A stretch of DNA of 64,000 nt, taken from positions 33,126-97,125 of the forward strand of contig JBAYIK010000002.1 in the NCBI GenBank assembly GCA_041665625.1, written 5' to 3'. The notes under the pieces are model-generated. The model was given only the letters and a program-made list of their open reading frames with translations, was not told the origin of the DNA and did not search any database. This document shows positions 16,868 through 28,399 of the stretch, piece by piece (position 1 is the first letter of the stretch; every line of letters starts with the position of its first letter). Source of the DNA: Minisyncoccota bacterium. GTDB lineage: Bacteria; Patescibacteriota; Minisyncoccia; Phycocordibacterales; XYD1-FULL-46-19. The position numbers and the translations under genes were made by a program.

Positions 16868-18187
16868 CTAATAACCTTGAAGTTTCTTCGCCTTCTCATG
16901 CTGTCTTATCTTCTCATGAGCCTTAGCCTCAATCTGACGAATGCGTTCACGAGTGACACCAAACTCTTTACCCACTTCTTCGAGGGTGCGCATTACCCCA
17001 TCTTTGAGACCATGACGCATCTCCAAAATTCGTTGTTCTTTCATCGTGAGGTCGCTCATGATCTCATCAATCTGATCACGAAGGATACGACGGGAGGTGT
17101 CTTGGTCGGGGGAAGCAATCTTGTCGTCGGCGATGAATTCGCCCAAGGTGCTCTTATCATCATCGTCGTCGGTTGGCTTATCTAAACTTGCAGTGCTCTG
17201 ATCAATCTTCTCAATGGTGTGGATTTTCTCAACCTCAACACCCATCTCGGTAGCAATTTCTTGTGGCAACGGGTCACGACCCAAGTCTTGAGCTAAGCGA
17301 CGATAAACCTGTTTATACTTAGCGATAGTCTCCACCATGTGCACCGGAATACGGATAGTACGTGACTGGTCAGCCAAAGCACGAGTGACAGCCTGACGAA
17401 TCCACCAGGTGGCGTAGGTTGAGAACTTATAACCCTTGCGCCAGTCAAATTTTTCTACGGCCTTGAAGAGGCCGATATTCCCCTCCTGAATTAGATCGAG
17501 TAAGGTTAAGTCTTGACTACGGCCAATATATTTCTTGGCAATCGAGACAACAAGACGAAGGTTGGCATTGGCCAGATCTTTCTTGGCATCATCATCCCCA
17601 GCCAAAATTCTTTTAGCTAAATCCTTTTCTTCATTACCGTTAAGGAGTTTGTGACGGCCAATCTCACGCAAGTACATTTGGACAGAGTCAAGAGAGACAT
17701 CACCTCGTTCATGTTTGATCTTCTCATCCACTTTCATATCTGAATCAAGCAAAGATCCTTCTTCAAGAATATCAATCCCCGACTCTTCAAACTTGGTATA
17801 GAGTTCGTCTAAGAAGATAATATCATTCTCAATATTAGGAAATTCTTTTAGAATCTCTGAGTAAGTTACAAAGTGGCGTTGTTTGCCCTTGCCGATCAAG
17901 TTGTCCATCTTCTGCTTCAGCTTAGACTCCATGGTCTGACCCTCTTTCTTCATGGCGACTACTTCTTTTTTATGGATGACAAAACCCTTACCCGCAGGTT
18001 TCTTGGCTGACTTTTTAGCAACAACTTTCTTCTTTACCACCTTAGCCTTCTTAATAACCTTTTTCACAGCCTTGGCTTTCTTGGTCACCTTTTTCTTGGC
18101 GACCTTCGCCTTCTTAACAACTTTTTTCACAACCTTGGCTTTCTTGACGGCTTTTTTCTTCGCAACGACTTTAGTTTTTTTCTTCAT
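16868..18187 (-). CDS. rpoD: RNA polymerase sigma-70 factor RpoD with an N-terminal lysine/alanine-repeat (histone-H1-like) extension
   Basis: Regions 2-4 are conserved: [33 protein letters not shown] and [14 protein letters not shown]. The N-terminal roughly 60 aa is [10 protein letters not shown]-type repeats. Confidence 0.9.
   Translation of the reverse strand: MKKKTKVVAKKKAVKKAKVVKKVVKKAKVAKKKVTKKAKAVKKVIKKAKVVKKKVVAKKSAKKPAGKGFVIHKKEVVAMKKEGQTMESKLKQKMDNLIGKGKQRHFVTYSEILKEFPNIENDIIFLDELYTKFEESGIDILEEGSLLDSDMKVDEKIKHERGDVSLDSVQMYLREIGRHKLLNGNEEKDLAKRILAGDDDAKKDLANANLRLVVSIAKKYIGRSQDLTLLDLIQEGNIGLFKAVEKFDWRKGYKFSTYATWWIRQAVTRALADQSRTIRIPVHMVETIAKYKQVYRRLAQDLGRDPLPQEIATEMGVEVEKIHTIEKIDQSTASLDKPTDDDDDKSTLGEFIADDKIASPDQDTSRRILRDQIDEIMSDLTMKEQRILEMRHGLKDGVMRTLEEVGKEFGVTRERIRQIEAKAHEKIRQHEKAKKLQGY
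18001..18187 (-). repeat. Tandem roughly 30-bp coding repeats (K/A/V-rich) at the rpoD 5' end
   Basis: Repeated aagaaagccaaggttgtgaaaaaagttgtt-type units encode [10 protein letters not shown]. Confidence 0.55.
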
Positions 18188-18191
18188 ATAT

Positions 18192-19901
18192 TTAAGACTT
18201 TTTAAAATTATTAATGGCTAAAGTTAAATTTTGACATTTTTGTAAATTACTAGCGAGAGCTTCTCGGTCTCCTTTCTTCTCGGCTACTTGAACCGCCTTT
18301 AAGGCTTCACGGAGCTCTTCTTTTAGACCTTCTTCCTGCCAGGCCTGGGCGAGACTCGCTATCTCTTTTATCAAATCACTAGCAGGATCATACACCAATT
18401 CGGCGGCCAAGGCGAGCCGATCATGGCTCCCCGCATATTCCTCTTTTTTCTTTATAAAATTATCATTTTTGAGTAATTCTGCCAACTTAAGGGCAAGTTT
18501 TTCTTCTTCTCCTCTAGCTATTAACAAGAAATAAAGTCCAAAAAGTCTTTCTTCTATTAATCTAGACCGAGTCATTAAGGGGACGGTCCCGTCCTCAGAA
18601 GAACTAGGCTTTTGAGCCTCGTCAGTATTTACCAAAATCTTTTGTAAATCACCCCAAATAGCTTCTTCCCCGATAGACAAAAGGTTAGCCAACTTAACGA
18701 CAAAGTGGGCTTGCTCCATCTTTTTCTCTAGCGCTTTGATATAAGGAAGGACATGGGTATTGATCGCCAAGTTTAATTCTAAACCTTTTTTCCCTTCTTC
18801 TTGCAAGGCGTCAATCATGAAATCGATATAATGTTTTGCTCCTTCTATCGCCTTTAGCCATTCAGCCGGATCAGCCTTAATTACTTCAGCCGGATCTTGG
18901 CCCGAAGGAAGTTTAGCAATTTTTACATCTAACCCTTCGCTTCTCAAGAGGTCAATCGCCCGACGTGAAGCCGAGAGACCAGCCAAATCATAGTCGTAAG
19001 CCAAGACAACATTATCAGTTAGCCTCTTAATAAGTTGAACATGCTCAGAGGTCATCGCCGTGCCAGAAACCGCTACCGTGTTAGTCATCCCGGCTTGATG
19101 CGACATGATTACATCAAATTGCCCTTCAACAAAAACACAAAAATCTTTTTGCCTCATCGCCTGCTTCGCGCGATCATAGCCATAAAGAAGGCGTGACTTG
19201 TCATAAAGTTCGGTCTGAGGACTATTAATATATTTAGCGGTATCTTCCTGATTAGGCCCAAAGATACGCCCAGAGTAACCGACAACCTTCCCCGTTGGAT
19301 TAAATAACGGGAACATAATACGGGAACGGAAACGGTCATAAACTCGGCCCTGACCAGCATGGGCCGTCTGAGCAACAGCCACCCCAGTCTTAATCATCTC
19401 ATCTTCACGGTATCCGCGACCAAGTAAATATTCACTTAAACTTCGCCAACCTTCGGGCGCGAAACCTAAACGCCAAGTTTTAATTGTCTCTTTGGTTAGG
19501 CCTCTCTCGTAGAGATAATTTAGGGCTTCGGGCTTCCCCACAAGTTGCTTGAAATAAAAATTGGTCGCTTCATCAAGTAGAGTAAACAAACGATTATCCG
19601 TCTTGGGAGCCTGAGCGAGGGTCTCAAGTTCCACCCCCGCTCGTTCGGCCAAGGTCTTAAGAGCTTCGAGAAAATCTACGCCCTCAATCTCCTGAACAAA
19701 GCTGATGATATCCCCACCCCGATTACAGCCAAAACAGTGGTAAGAACCACGGGCGGGAGAGATGAAGAAAGACGGGGTTTTCTCATTATGGAAGGGGCAA
19801 CAGCCCCGATAATTAATACCCGCCTTCTCCAACTTCATATAGGAGCTAACGACGTCAACAATCCCGAGCTTCGATTTAATTTGTTCAACCGAAGATGCCA
19901 T
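18192..19901 (-). CDS. dnaG: DNA primase
   Basis: Zinc-binding [12 protein letters not shown]...CFGC and a TOPRIM region EGQFDVI. It sits in the dnaG-rpoD operon. Confidence 0.9.
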   Translation of the reverse strand: MASSVEQIKSKLGIVDVVSSYMKLEKAGINYRGCCPFHNEKTPSFFISPARGSYHCFGCNRGGDIISFVQEIEGVDFLEALKTLAERAGVELETLAQAPKTDNRLFTLLDEATNFYFKQLVGKPEALNYLYERGLTKETIKTWRLGFAPEGWRSLSEYLLGRGYREDEMIKTGVAVAQTAHAGQGRVYDRFRSRIMFPLFNPTGKVVGYSGRIFGPNQEDTAKYINSPQTELYDKSRLLYGYDRAKQAMRQKDFCVFVEGQFDVIMSHQAGMTNTVAVSGTAMTSEHVQLIKRLTDNVVLAYDYDLAGLSASRRAIDLLRSEGLDVKIAKLPSGQDPAEVIKADPAEWLKAIEGAKHYIDFMIDALQEEGKKGLELNLAINTHVLPYIKALEKKMEQAHFVVKLANLLSIGEEAIWGDLQKILVNTDEAQKPSSSEDGTVPLMTRSRLIEERLFGLYFLLIARGEEEKLALKLAELLKNDNFIKKKEEYAGSHDRLALAAELVYDPASDLIKEIASLAQAWQEEGLKEELREALKAVQVAEKKGDREALASNLQKCQNLTLAINNFKKS

Positions 19902-19929
19902 ATAATTATCTTAGCAAAAGACTCCTATT

Positions 19930-20535
19930 TTAGATATCTCCCTGAGGTTGACTAGTTTTACAATAATCAGTCCTGAGGATTTGCGTATTGGCCTGATCCA
20001 AGACAAAAACTTTATTATTTTTATCCCAAGAATAAGCCTTGAGGTCACAATTCACTGTTTTTGCGTCAAGGGCTCCCCAACTAGCAAAGTAGATAACCAA
20101 CTTATCTGTATCAATGTCAATTATATCGCTATGGGTAACTGATCCGCCAGAAAGAAAATTATTTCGGTTTTGCCCATCAACAGGAAGGCCCATTACCTGC
20201 AAATTACCATCAATAGACATCACTATGGCTACCTCATTTGTCGAGGCGCCGCCAACACCAAGGTCCACCAAAGCACCATTGGTACCCTCAAAATTGAAAA
20301 CTTTTCCGATACCAAGTGGTCGACTACCCTCCTCGCCAATCCCCTCTCCAGGGAAAGTTGCTTTAACCAAATTAGTTATTTCTAGTAATTTATTCTGCCA
20401 ATCAGTCTTGGTCATAGAAATTTGAACGGGGGTTTTATCATCAGCTGGAGCTGGAGTTATATTGGGACGATAAAAGATTAAGCCAACAATAACAATCACG
20501 AGAACGATAACCAAACCAATCAAAAACTTTTTCAT
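19930..20535 (-). CDS. Hypothetical secreted or membrane-anchored protein
   Basis: The N-terminal TM helix MKKFLIGLVIVLVIVIVGLIFY. Located between rpoC and dnaG. Confidence 0.5.
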   Translation of the reverse strand: MKKFLIGLVIVLVIVIVGLIFYRPNITPAPADDKTPVQISMTKTDWQNKLLEITNLVKATFPGEGIGEEGSRPLGIGKVFNFEGTNGALVDLGVGGASTNEVAIVMSIDGNLQVMGLPVDGQNRNNFLSGGSVTHSDIIDIDTDKLVIYFASWGALDAKTVNCDLKAYSWDKNNKVFVLDQANTQILRTDYCKTSQPQGDI

Positions 20536-20565
20536 TGCGTTTTTTAATTAGCGGATAATTTTAAC

Positions 20566-23500
20566 TTAAGCAACCTCCTCTTCTTTGGCTTTGATTTGAT
20601 CTTCGTAAGCTGATTCAGCGAGAGCCTGTTGAGCCTCCTCTTCTTCGTGGCCGTAGCCAGGAATAAGACCAGTACCAGCAGGGATCAGACGGCCAATGAT
20701 AACATTTTCTTTGAGTCCTCGAAGATGGTCAGTGCTGCCCTTAATAGCAGTCTCGATAAGAACTTTAGTTGTGTGCTGGAAGGAGACAGCGGCAAGGAAG
20801 CTTGAGGTAGATAGGGCCACTTCAGAAATACCGAGAAGGACAATGTCTCCAACGGCTTCTTGTTTACCTTGAGCCGCCATAACGATATTTTCTTCAGTTA
20901 ATTCAACGAGCTCAATAATCTCACCAGTGACAAACTTGGTCTCACCAGGATCCTTAACCTTACGACGAGAGAACATTTGCTTAACGATCAACTCCACGTG
21001 CTTCCTGGCGATATTAACACCCTGCAATTCGTAGATAGCATTAATCTCTTTCATAATGTAATTCTCGGTCGCATCTTTGCCAGCCAACTTGAAGAGGACG
21101 GGCAATTCGACAGAGCCATCAGTCAAGATATCACCCTTCTTAATCTTCGAACCCTTCTTCACGAGAACGGTCAAAATGAAAGGAACGCTATATTCGACGG
21201 TGCTATCAGAAGCCTTCTTGCGATGTTCAGGATCAACTAAAACAGAAATGATATATTCCTTCCCAACATTTCTCACCTCCTGGACTTCACCAGAGACGGT
21301 GGCAACAAGGGCGGGATTTTTCGGAGTGCGACGTTCGAAGATTTCTTCAACACGAGGCAAACCACCGACGATGTCCACACCTCCAGTACTAATACCTCCA
21401 GTGTGCTTTGTTCTCATTGTTAGCTGAGTACCTGGTTCTCCAATAGCTTGAGCGGCGACAATACCAACAGCTTGTCCAAGAGCAACGATAACACCACGAC
21501 CCATATCAAGACCGTAACATTTCTGACAGACGCCCTTAACAGCCTGACAAGAAAGCGGTGAGCGAATCCAAGCTTCAACAGCCCCACCCTCTTCAGCAGA
21601 GAAAGCATCAGCCTTGGTCAAGAAGTCACCCTTCTTGAAGAGGACCTTACCATCAGTACCAACAAGGTCACGAGCTAAGTAACGGCCAGCAATTAATTTA
21701 GCAATACCACTATCAAGCGCTGAGATATTGGCTTTAGAAACATATTTACCCTCCTTATCATTACAGTCTTCTTCGGTCACGATAACGTCTTGAGAGACAT
21801 CAACAAGTTTACGGGTCATATAACCAGCTTTAGCAGTGTTCAAGGCGGTGTCCGCTAAGGTCTTACGAGAACCGTGGGTCGTAATGAAGTATTCAAGTGG
21901 TGAGAGACCTTCTTTGTAAGAAGGGATAATTGGGAAGTCGATCAAGCGTCCAGCGGTGTTAATAATCAAACCCTTCATACCGGCCATCTGCACAACCTGA
22001 CTAACCGAACCTCTCGCCCCAGAGTCGATCATGTAAGAGACAGAGCCATCAACAGGCAAAGCGCTTGGAACAATTTTTTCTACTTTGTTTTTAGCATTGT
22101 TCCAAACTTCAATCACCATTCGATAACGCTCATTGGACGAGAGCAAACCATCTTCATAATTAGATTCAATTGTTTGAACATTCTTCTTGGCTTCGACAAT
22201 AATTTCACCTTTACCAGCGGGGACCTGGACGTCATCAATACCCCAAGTCGTACCAGACTTTGTCGCATATTTGAAACCAAGGCTCTTAATTTTATCAAGG
22301 ACAATGGCTGATTCTTCAGCCCCGTAACGAGCGATAACTTCCTCAACCAACTTAGACATGGCCTTACCACCAATTTCTTTATTTAGATAAGGATAATCCT
22401 TAGGCAAATTATTGTTGAAGAGTAAGCGTCCAACCGAGGTTTCGAATAAAGCTCCGCCGAATTCAGCATAGCGAACTTTGTCTGTGGCCAAGACTTTAAT
22501 CTTAGCGCGCAAATCCACTTCACCAAAATCGTGGGCCAAGATAGCATCGTGGGGAGTGGCGTAGAATTTACCTTCGCCCTTCGCACCATCAATAAGCTTG
22601 GTTACCCAATAACAGCCAAGGACAACGTCCAAGCGCATATTAACAACGGGATCTCCCGAACCTGGCTTTAAGATATTTTTATTAGCTGCGATAATTTCGC
22701 GTGCTTCTTTCTGAGCAACAGCAGAGAGCGGAACGTGAACAGCCATCTGGTCTCCATCGAAGTCCGCGTTGAAGGCGGCACAAGTAAGAGGGTGCAATTG
22801 GATAGCGTTACCTTCGATCAAAACTGGTCTGAAGGCTTGGATACCCAAACGGTGCAAAGTTGGTGCACGGTTCAACATGACATATTTATTCTCAATCACG
22901 TCTTCAAGAATGGCCCAAACTTCTGGTACCCCTTCGTCGATAAGACGACCGGCTCCACGAATATTGTAAGCAAGTTCTTGATTTAGAATTTTAGAGATAA
23001 CAAAAGGACGGAAGAGTTCCAAAGCCATTTGTTTAGGTAGACCACACTGATCAAGAGACAATTCTGGTCCAACAACGATAACTGAACGACCTGAATAATC
23101 AACACGCTTACCAAGCAAGTTCTGACGGAAACGGCCTTGCTTACCCTTAAGGTTGTCAGCCAGAGATTTAAGTGGGCGGCGTTGAGCCTGGCTCATGGCA
23201 CCGTCACCAGCCCCCTGACGCATGGTATTATCCAAGAGAGCGTCAACAGCTTCTTGAAGGATACGCTTCTCATTGCGCAAAATAACATCAGGCGCATTAA
23301 GTTCAATTAATTTCTTGAGACGATTATTACGATTGATCACACGACGATAAAGATCATTAACATCCGAAGTAGCATGACGTCCCCCATCTAGGGCAACCAT
23401 CGGGCGAAGGGCGGGCGGAATAACTGGGATAACCTTCAAGAACATCCACTCAGGGCGTACGCCTGAACGCTCAAGGGAGCGAGCAAGATTATAACGCTTC

Positions 23501-24330
23501 TGCAACTTAGGACGTTCCAAGGAGCTAGCCTTCGCTAACTGAAGAGCTAAGGCCTCAGCCAATTTACCCAAATCAAGACCCTTAAAAATTTGGTAGATAG
23601 CAGCGGCTCCTAACCCAGCCTCAAAGACCGGACCATACTTAAGGGACCAACGGTGATAGGTAATCTCATCAATAACTCGCCATGGTTCAATACTCTCAAC
23701 TTGGCGCTTGGTCTCGATAAAGGAATTCTTGAGTTTCTCTTTCTCCGCTTCGTCCTTAATCATCTTCATCTTCTGCTTGTACTCACCGTCAAGATCCTTC
23801 AAGATTCTAACCTTGTCTTCATCGCTAACCTTAGTAATGATGTAGCCGGCAAAATAAATTACCTTTTCCACATCAGCCACAGTTAGACCTAGGAGTAACC
23901 CAATACGAGATGGGACGCCCCGGACAAACCAAATGTGAGCAACTGGACTGGCCAGCTCAATGTGACCCATACGCTCACGACGAACAATCGAGCGGGTTAC
24001 TTCGACACCGCATTTCTCACAAATAATATCCTTATAACGAATACGCTTATACTTACCGCAATAACATTCATAATCCTTTTCTGGTCCAAAAATGCGCTCA
24101 TCAAAGAGACCCCCACGTTCGGAACGGCCAGACCGGTAGTTAATAGTCTCCGGTTTGGTAACCTCACCATAAGACCACTCAACAATACGTTCAGGCGAAG
24201 CCAATTTAATCGTCACCGCGTTGAAGTCAGTTACCTTCTCGAGAGGACGAGTGGGGCGCTTGATTGGAGCGAGATCCTCATCTGGATCGAGAACTAATTC
24301 TGGCTCTAAGTTTTTGTTTAAATCTTTCAT
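20566..24330 (-). CDS. rpoC: DNA-directed RNA polymerase subunit beta'
   Basis: 1254 aa with NADFDGDQMAVHVP and zinc-binding CxxC motifs. Confidence 0.95.
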   Translation of the reverse strand: MKDLNKNLEPELVLDPDEDLAPIKRPTRPLEKVTDFNAVTIKLASPERIVEWSYGEVTKPETINYRSGRSERGGLFDERIFGPEKDYECYCGKYKRIRYKDIICEKCGVEVTRSIVRRERMGHIELASPVAHIWFVRGVPSRIGLLLGLTVADVEKVIYFAGYIITKVSDEDKVRILKDLDGEYKQKMKMIKDEAEKEKLKNSFIETKRQVESIEPWRVIDEITYHRWSLKYGPVFEAGLGAAAIYQIFKGLDLGKLAEALALQLAKASSLERPKLQKRYNLARSLERSGVRPEWMFLKVIPVIPPALRPMVALDGGRHATSDVNDLYRRVINRNNRLKKLIELNAPDVILRNEKRILQEAVDALLDNTMRQGAGDGAMSQAQRRPLKSLADNLKGKQGRFRQNLLGKRVDYSGRSVIVVGPELSLDQCGLPKQMALELFRPFVISKILNQELAYNIRGAGRLIDEGVPEVWAILEDVIENKYVMLNRAPTLHRLGIQAFRPVLIEGNAIQLHPLTCAAFNADFDGDQMAVHVPLSAVAQKEAREIIAANKNILKPGSGDPVVNMRLDVVLGCYWVTKLIDGAKGEGKFYATPHDAILAHDFGEVDLRAKIKVLATDKVRYAEFGGALFETSVGRLLFNNNLPKDYPYLNKEIGGKAMSKLVEEVIARYGAEESAIVLDKIKSLGFKYATKSGTTWGIDDVQVPAGKGEIIVEAKKNVQTIESNYEDGLLSSNERYRMVIEVWNNAKNKVEKIVPSALPVDGSVSYMIDSGARGSVSQVVQMAGMKGLIINTAGRLIDFPIIPSYKEGLSPLEYFITTHGSRKTLADTALNTAKAGYMTRKLVDVSQDVIVTEEDCNDKEGKYVSKANISALDSGIAKLIAGRYLARDLVGTDGKVLFKKGDFLTKADAFSAEEGGAVEAWIRSPLSCQAVKGVCQKCYGLDMGRGVIVALGQAVGIVAAQAIGEPGTQLTMRTKHTGGISTGGVDIVGGLPRVEEIFERRTPKNPALVATVSGEVQEVRNVGKEYIISVLVDPEHRKKASDSTVEYSVPFILTVLVKKGSKIKKGDILTDGSVELPVLFKLAGKDATENYIMKEINAIYELQGVNIARKHVELIVKQMFSRRKVKDPGETKFVTGEIIELVELTEENIVMAAQGKQEAVGDIVLLGISEVALSTSSFLAAVSFQHTTKVLIETAIKGSTDHLRGLKENVIIGRLIPAGTGLIPGYGHEEEEAQQALAESAYEDQIKAKEEEVA

Positions 24331-24350
24331 AATATTTTTAGTGATGACGA

Positions 24351-27300
24351 TTAATCAAGTTTCTTTAATTCAATGTCCATGGCAAGACCCCGGAGTTCGT
24401 TCAACATAACATTAAACGACGCAGGAATATTTGGTTGCTTAACCGGCTCACCCTTAACAATCGAATCGAAAGCTGACGAACGACCAACGATATCGTCAGA
24501 CTTAATAGTTAACATTTCACGCAAGACGTGAGCGGCACCATAACCTTCAAGCGCCCAGACTTCCATTTCTCCAAAACGCTGACCACCTCCTTGTGACCGG
24601 CCACCAAGTGGCTGTTGGGTAATAAGCGAGTATGGTCCAATTGAACGCATGTGAATCTTGTCTTCAACCATGTGGTTAAGTTTGAGCATATACATTTGAC
24701 CAACGGCGATGCGCTGCCCAAACTTCTCACCTGTCTTACCGTCATAGAGTTCTGTCTTACCATCAGCCTCCCAGCCCGCAGTGACGAGTTCAGCCTTAAT
24801 TTCTTCTTCCGTTACACCAGTAAAGACCGGGGTAATGGCTTGGTAATCAAGGGTATGAGCCGCGAGACCTAAGTGCATTTCGAAAATCTGACCTAAGTTC
24901 ATACGAGAAGGCACGCCAAGCGGGGTAAGAATAACATCGACAGGGCGACCATCGGCCATATAAGGCATATCCTCGACAGGCATAATCTTAGAGATAACAC
25001 CTTTGTTACCGTGACGACCAGCAAGCTTGTCACCGGCTTCGACGTTACGTAATTGAGCGACCTGAACTTTAATTTTCTTAATGATGCCAGACTCTAATTT
25101 GTCGCCATGTTCACGAGAAAAAACTTTGATCCCGATAATGCGACCCTTGCGACCATGGGGCATACGAAGAGAGGTATCTTTAACATCACGGGCCTTCTCG
25201 CCGAAGATAGCGCGAAGTAATCTTTCTTCAGGAGTTAATTCAGTCTCACCCTTAGGAGTAATTTTACCAACTAAGATGTCGTTCGGGCCAACCTCAGCAC
25301 CAACGCGAACGATACCGTCCTCGTCTAAGTTCTTAAGTTTGGTCTCTCCCACGTTAGGAATATCATGAGTTGTAAGTTCGGGTCCAAGCTTGGTATCACG
25401 GACATTTGATTCAAACTCTTCAATATAAACAGAAGTAAATTTGCTGTTCTTGACTAAGTTCTCAGATAAAATAATGGCATCTTCATAGTTTTGACCACCG
25501 AAGGGCATGAAGGCAACGAAGACATTCTGGCCAAGTGATAATTCACCACCAACAGTTGAGGAAGAGTCAGAAAGAACTTCCCCTTTCTTAACTTTATCAC
25601 CAACATTAACAACTGGGCGCTGATGGAAAGAGGTATAATCGTTAGTCATCTTGAAGTTGGCGAGGTCATAAGTATCTTCCTTGTCATCATCCTTCTTGAT
25701 CACAATATGACGACCATCAACTTTCTTAACTGTACCGGCTGACTTAGCCATAATTAAGCGGCCAGAATCGTGGGCAGCCTTCTCTTCCATACCAGTTGAG
25801 ACAAGAGGCAATTCAGGGACAACACAAGGCACAGCCTGCTTCTGCATGTTTGAACCCATGAGGGCACGGTTCGCGTCATCGTGCTCCAAGAAAGGAATCA
25901 TTGAGGTCGCAATCGAGTAAGCTTGGTTAGGAGCGACGTCAATAAAATCAACTTCGTCACGACGAACAAGCCCTGGAGCGGCATTGCGACGGGCTTCGAT
26001 AAATTCATCAAGCAAATTCCCCTGCTCGTCATAACTCACGCCAGCATGAGCCACAACGTGCTTTTCTTCTTCAAGAGCATTTAGGTAAACAACTTCATCG
26101 GTAATTTTACCGTTAACCACCTTTCGATAAGGGGCTTCAATAATACCGTAATCATTAACTCGAGCATAAGATGCTAAGTGAACAATCAAACCAATGTTTG
26201 GTCCTTCGGGGGTATGAATTGGACAAACTTTGCCATAGTGAGAGGAGTGAACGTCACGAACCTCAAGGCCCGCACGCTCGCGAGTAAGACCTCCCGGGCC
26301 TAAGGCTGAGAGAGTACGCAAATGCTCAAGTTCGGCCAAGAGATTCTCCTGACTCATGAATTGAGACAACTGGTTGGTTGAGAAAAACTCTTTAAGACGA
26401 GCTTGGAGAGGACGAGGGGAAATAATTTGGACAGGAAGGACGGTGATAGCATCGACGGTCGACATACGATCCTGGATATTACGCTTCATCTGCATCATAC
26501 CAACCTTCATCTTGGCTTGAAGCATTTCGCCGACACAACGCACCCGACGGAAGCCTAAATGGTCGATGTCATCTTCTTTGGACCCCTTAGTAGTATTCAA
26601 GGTAATAATCTGAGTAACAATCTGAACTAAGTCACTAAAAGATAGAGCCCGTCGTTCTTTCTCAGCATCATCAAGAGCTAGGCCAAAACGTTGGTTAAAG
26701 CGAACACGACCAACAGACGAGAGGTCGTATTTCTCACGATCAAATAAGGTACTAACGAATTCTTTGGAATTAGCCGGGGTTGCAAGGTCGCTATCACGTA
26801 AACGCTTATAGATCTCAACGTAAGAATCAGCGACAGTCTTGGCATGATCCTTAGCAAGGGCCTTCTCAATATAAGTAGCGTCAACTTTAGCATCGGCAAA
26901 AAGTTTAATCAGGGCTTCATCAGCAATCGCCTTCCCCTCTTTATCGGCAAAAGCGCGCAAGAGTGAAGTAACGGGGAATTTGCGCTTGCGATCGATACGA
27001 ACATAGATGACATCGTCAATCTCGGTTTCAAGTTCGATCCAGGCTCCGCGGGCTGGGATGATCTTGGCACCAAAGAATTTGCGACCCTTAAGTTCGTTGG
27101 CAGTAAAGAAGACGCCAAAAGATCGCGCCAATTGTGGCACGACAACACGCTCAATACCGTTAACGATAAAGGTCCCGTGAGTGGTCATCAATGGAAAATC
27201 GGCCAAGAAAATTTCTTGCTCCTTCTCCTGGTTCATCGTTTTATTAATAAGCTTCACGCGCACGCGCAAAGGGGCATCGTAGGAAAGATTATTGTCACGA

Positions 27301-27515
27301 GCATAGTACTCGTCATACTTCGGTTCGTCGATCTGAAAACCGACAAACTCTAAAGCAAATTTCTTCTCGGAGTAATCACGGACTGGGGAGTATTCTGAAA
27401 AAAGTTCCTTGAGACCAGACTTGATGAGCCATTCGTATGAGCGCTTCTGAACTTCGACCAAATCGGGCATCGTCGCGAGCGGCTTCTTGTACCGCGCGAA
27501 GTATTTCTTTTTCAT
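24351..27515 (-). CDS. rpoB: DNA-directed RNA polymerase subunit beta
   Basis: 1054 aa with conserved beta-subunit blocks. Confidence 0.95.
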   Translation of the reverse strand: MKKKYFARYKKPLATMPDLVEVQKRSYEWLIKSGLKELFSEYSPVRDYSEKKFALEFVGFQIDEPKYDEYYARDNNLSYDAPLRVRVKLINKTMNQEKEQEIFLADFPLMTTHGTFIVNGIERVVVPQLARSFGVFFTANELKGRKFFGAKIIPARGAWIELETEIDDVIYVRIDRKRKFPVTSLLRAFADKEGKAIADEALIKLFADAKVDATYIEKALAKDHAKTVADSYVEIYKRLRDSDLATPANSKEFVSTLFDREKYDLSSVGRVRFNQRFGLALDDAEKERRALSFSDLVQIVTQIITLNTTKGSKEDDIDHLGFRRVRCVGEMLQAKMKVGMMQMKRNIQDRMSTVDAITVLPVQIISPRPLQARLKEFFSTNQLSQFMSQENLLAELEHLRTLSALGPGGLTRERAGLEVRDVHSSHYGKVCPIHTPEGPNIGLIVHLASYARVNDYGIIEAPYRKVVNGKITDEVVYLNALEEEKHVVAHAGVSYDEQGNLLDEFIEARRNAAPGLVRRDEVDFIDVAPNQAYSIATSMIPFLEHDDANRALMGSNMQKQAVPCVVPELPLVSTGMEEKAAHDSGRLIMAKSAGTVKKVDGRHIVIKKDDDKEDTYDLANFKMTNDYTSFHQRPVVNVGDKVKKGEVLSDSSSTVGGELSLGQNVFVAFMPFGGQNYEDAIILSENLVKNSKFTSVYIEEFESNVRDTKLGPELTTHDIPNVGETKLKNLDEDGIVRVGAEVGPNDILVGKITPKGETELTPEERLLRAIFGEKARDVKDTSLRMPHGRKGRIIGIKVFSREHGDKLESGIIKKIKVQVAQLRNVEAGDKLAGRHGNKGVISKIMPVEDMPYMADGRPVDVILTPLGVPSRMNLGQIFEMHLGLAAHTLDYQAITPVFTGVTEEEIKAELVTAGWEADGKTELYDGKTGEKFGQRIAVGQMYMLKLNHMVEDKIHMRSIGPYSLITQQPLGGRSQGGGQRFGEMEVWALEGYGAAHVLREMLTIKSDDIVGRSSAFDSIVKGEPVKQPNIPASFNVMLNELRGLAMDIELKKLD

Positions 27516-27689
27516 TAACTAATGTTAAAAATTAGCGGAGCTTATAAAAAATATAACGCCAACGCCTCAGGTAATAACCCGAAGCAATCCGCCACTAAAC
27601 CTGCCTGGGCAGGTTGTGTCAGATTTTGGAAAAAAGTATTTATTAGCAAGCTTAAACGCCAGAAACTCAATCTTGCTGTGCTGGCCCTT

Positions 27690-27718
27690 ATAATATCTCA
27701 GTCAGGGTAAAATGTCAA
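27690..27718 (-). promoter_or_regulatory. Near-consensus sigma70 promoter for the rpoBC operon (minus strand)
   Basis: On the minus strand: TTGACA (27718-27713), a 17-nt spacer, then TATTAT (27695-27690). A roughly 165-nt leader carries the hairpin aacctgcccaggcaggtt. Confidence 0.45.
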
Positions 27719-27762
27719 ACCCGTTTCCTGTCAAGGGGCGTAATCTGTGGATAAATGGCCTT

Positions 27763-28392
27763 TTACTCCTGATAAGGCTCCACGAGCTTGGTCACCACCC
27801 CATTATTGACGTCGACAAGGACAAATGCCTTGGGTTCCTTAAAGGGAGCCTCATACGGGATCCAGCTCTTAATCGTAGCTATAGACTGAGCAAGATTAGA
27901 AAAAGTAATCACAACATTATTATAAACGTCATCGGCAAAATTCTTTTTATCTATCATCTTCAAATTATAAAGAATCAGGTTACTAACAGTAATAGGAGCG
28001 GTAGAAGAAATTTCATAAGTTCTCAGCTGGAGATTTTTATTACGTTGATATCCATTAGGAAAAGATCGGCATTCCTCAACAACAGGGCAACCGCCATCTT
28101 CAATTTGCGCTTGAATAGAGGGAGTCCCGTGGAACCATTCAATATAGTCTAATTCTAAATAATTTTTCCCCTCCTTCGAATAAACGTCGGTGATATAAGC
28201 TGGCTGATTTTTGACATTGGCCTCTTTAGAAATTTGTTCGTCTTTAATTACAAGAGCTTCCGTCTCAACGTTCGCCTCAATAGCAGGAACGACCATTACT
28301 TCATTACTCTTAGGTTTACGTCCTTGCACCCAATATAACCCTATCCCTAAAATTAGAATAACAGCGAGAACTAGATAAATATATTTGTTCAT
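27763..28392 (-). CDS. Hypothetical secreted protein
   Basis: The N-terminal TM/signal sequence MNKYIYLVLAVILILGIGLYWV. Confidence 0.5.
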   Translation of the reverse strand: MNKYIYLVLAVILILGIGLYWVQGRKPKSNEVMVVPAIEANVETEALVIKDEQISKEANVKNQPAYITDVYSKEGKNYLELDYIEWFHGTPSIQAQIEDGGCPVVEECRSFPNGYQRNKNLQLRTYEISSTAPITVSNLILYNLKMIDKKNFADDVYNNVVITFSNLAQSIATIKSWIPYEAPFKEPKAFVLVDVNNGVVTKLVEPYQE

Positions 28393-28399
28393 AACTTGA

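Noticed and set aside
20977-27353. Numerous 60-120-aa ORFs on both strands within rpoB and rpoC
   Set aside because: They are embedded in the highly conserved RNA polymerase coding frames and so are shadow ORFs.
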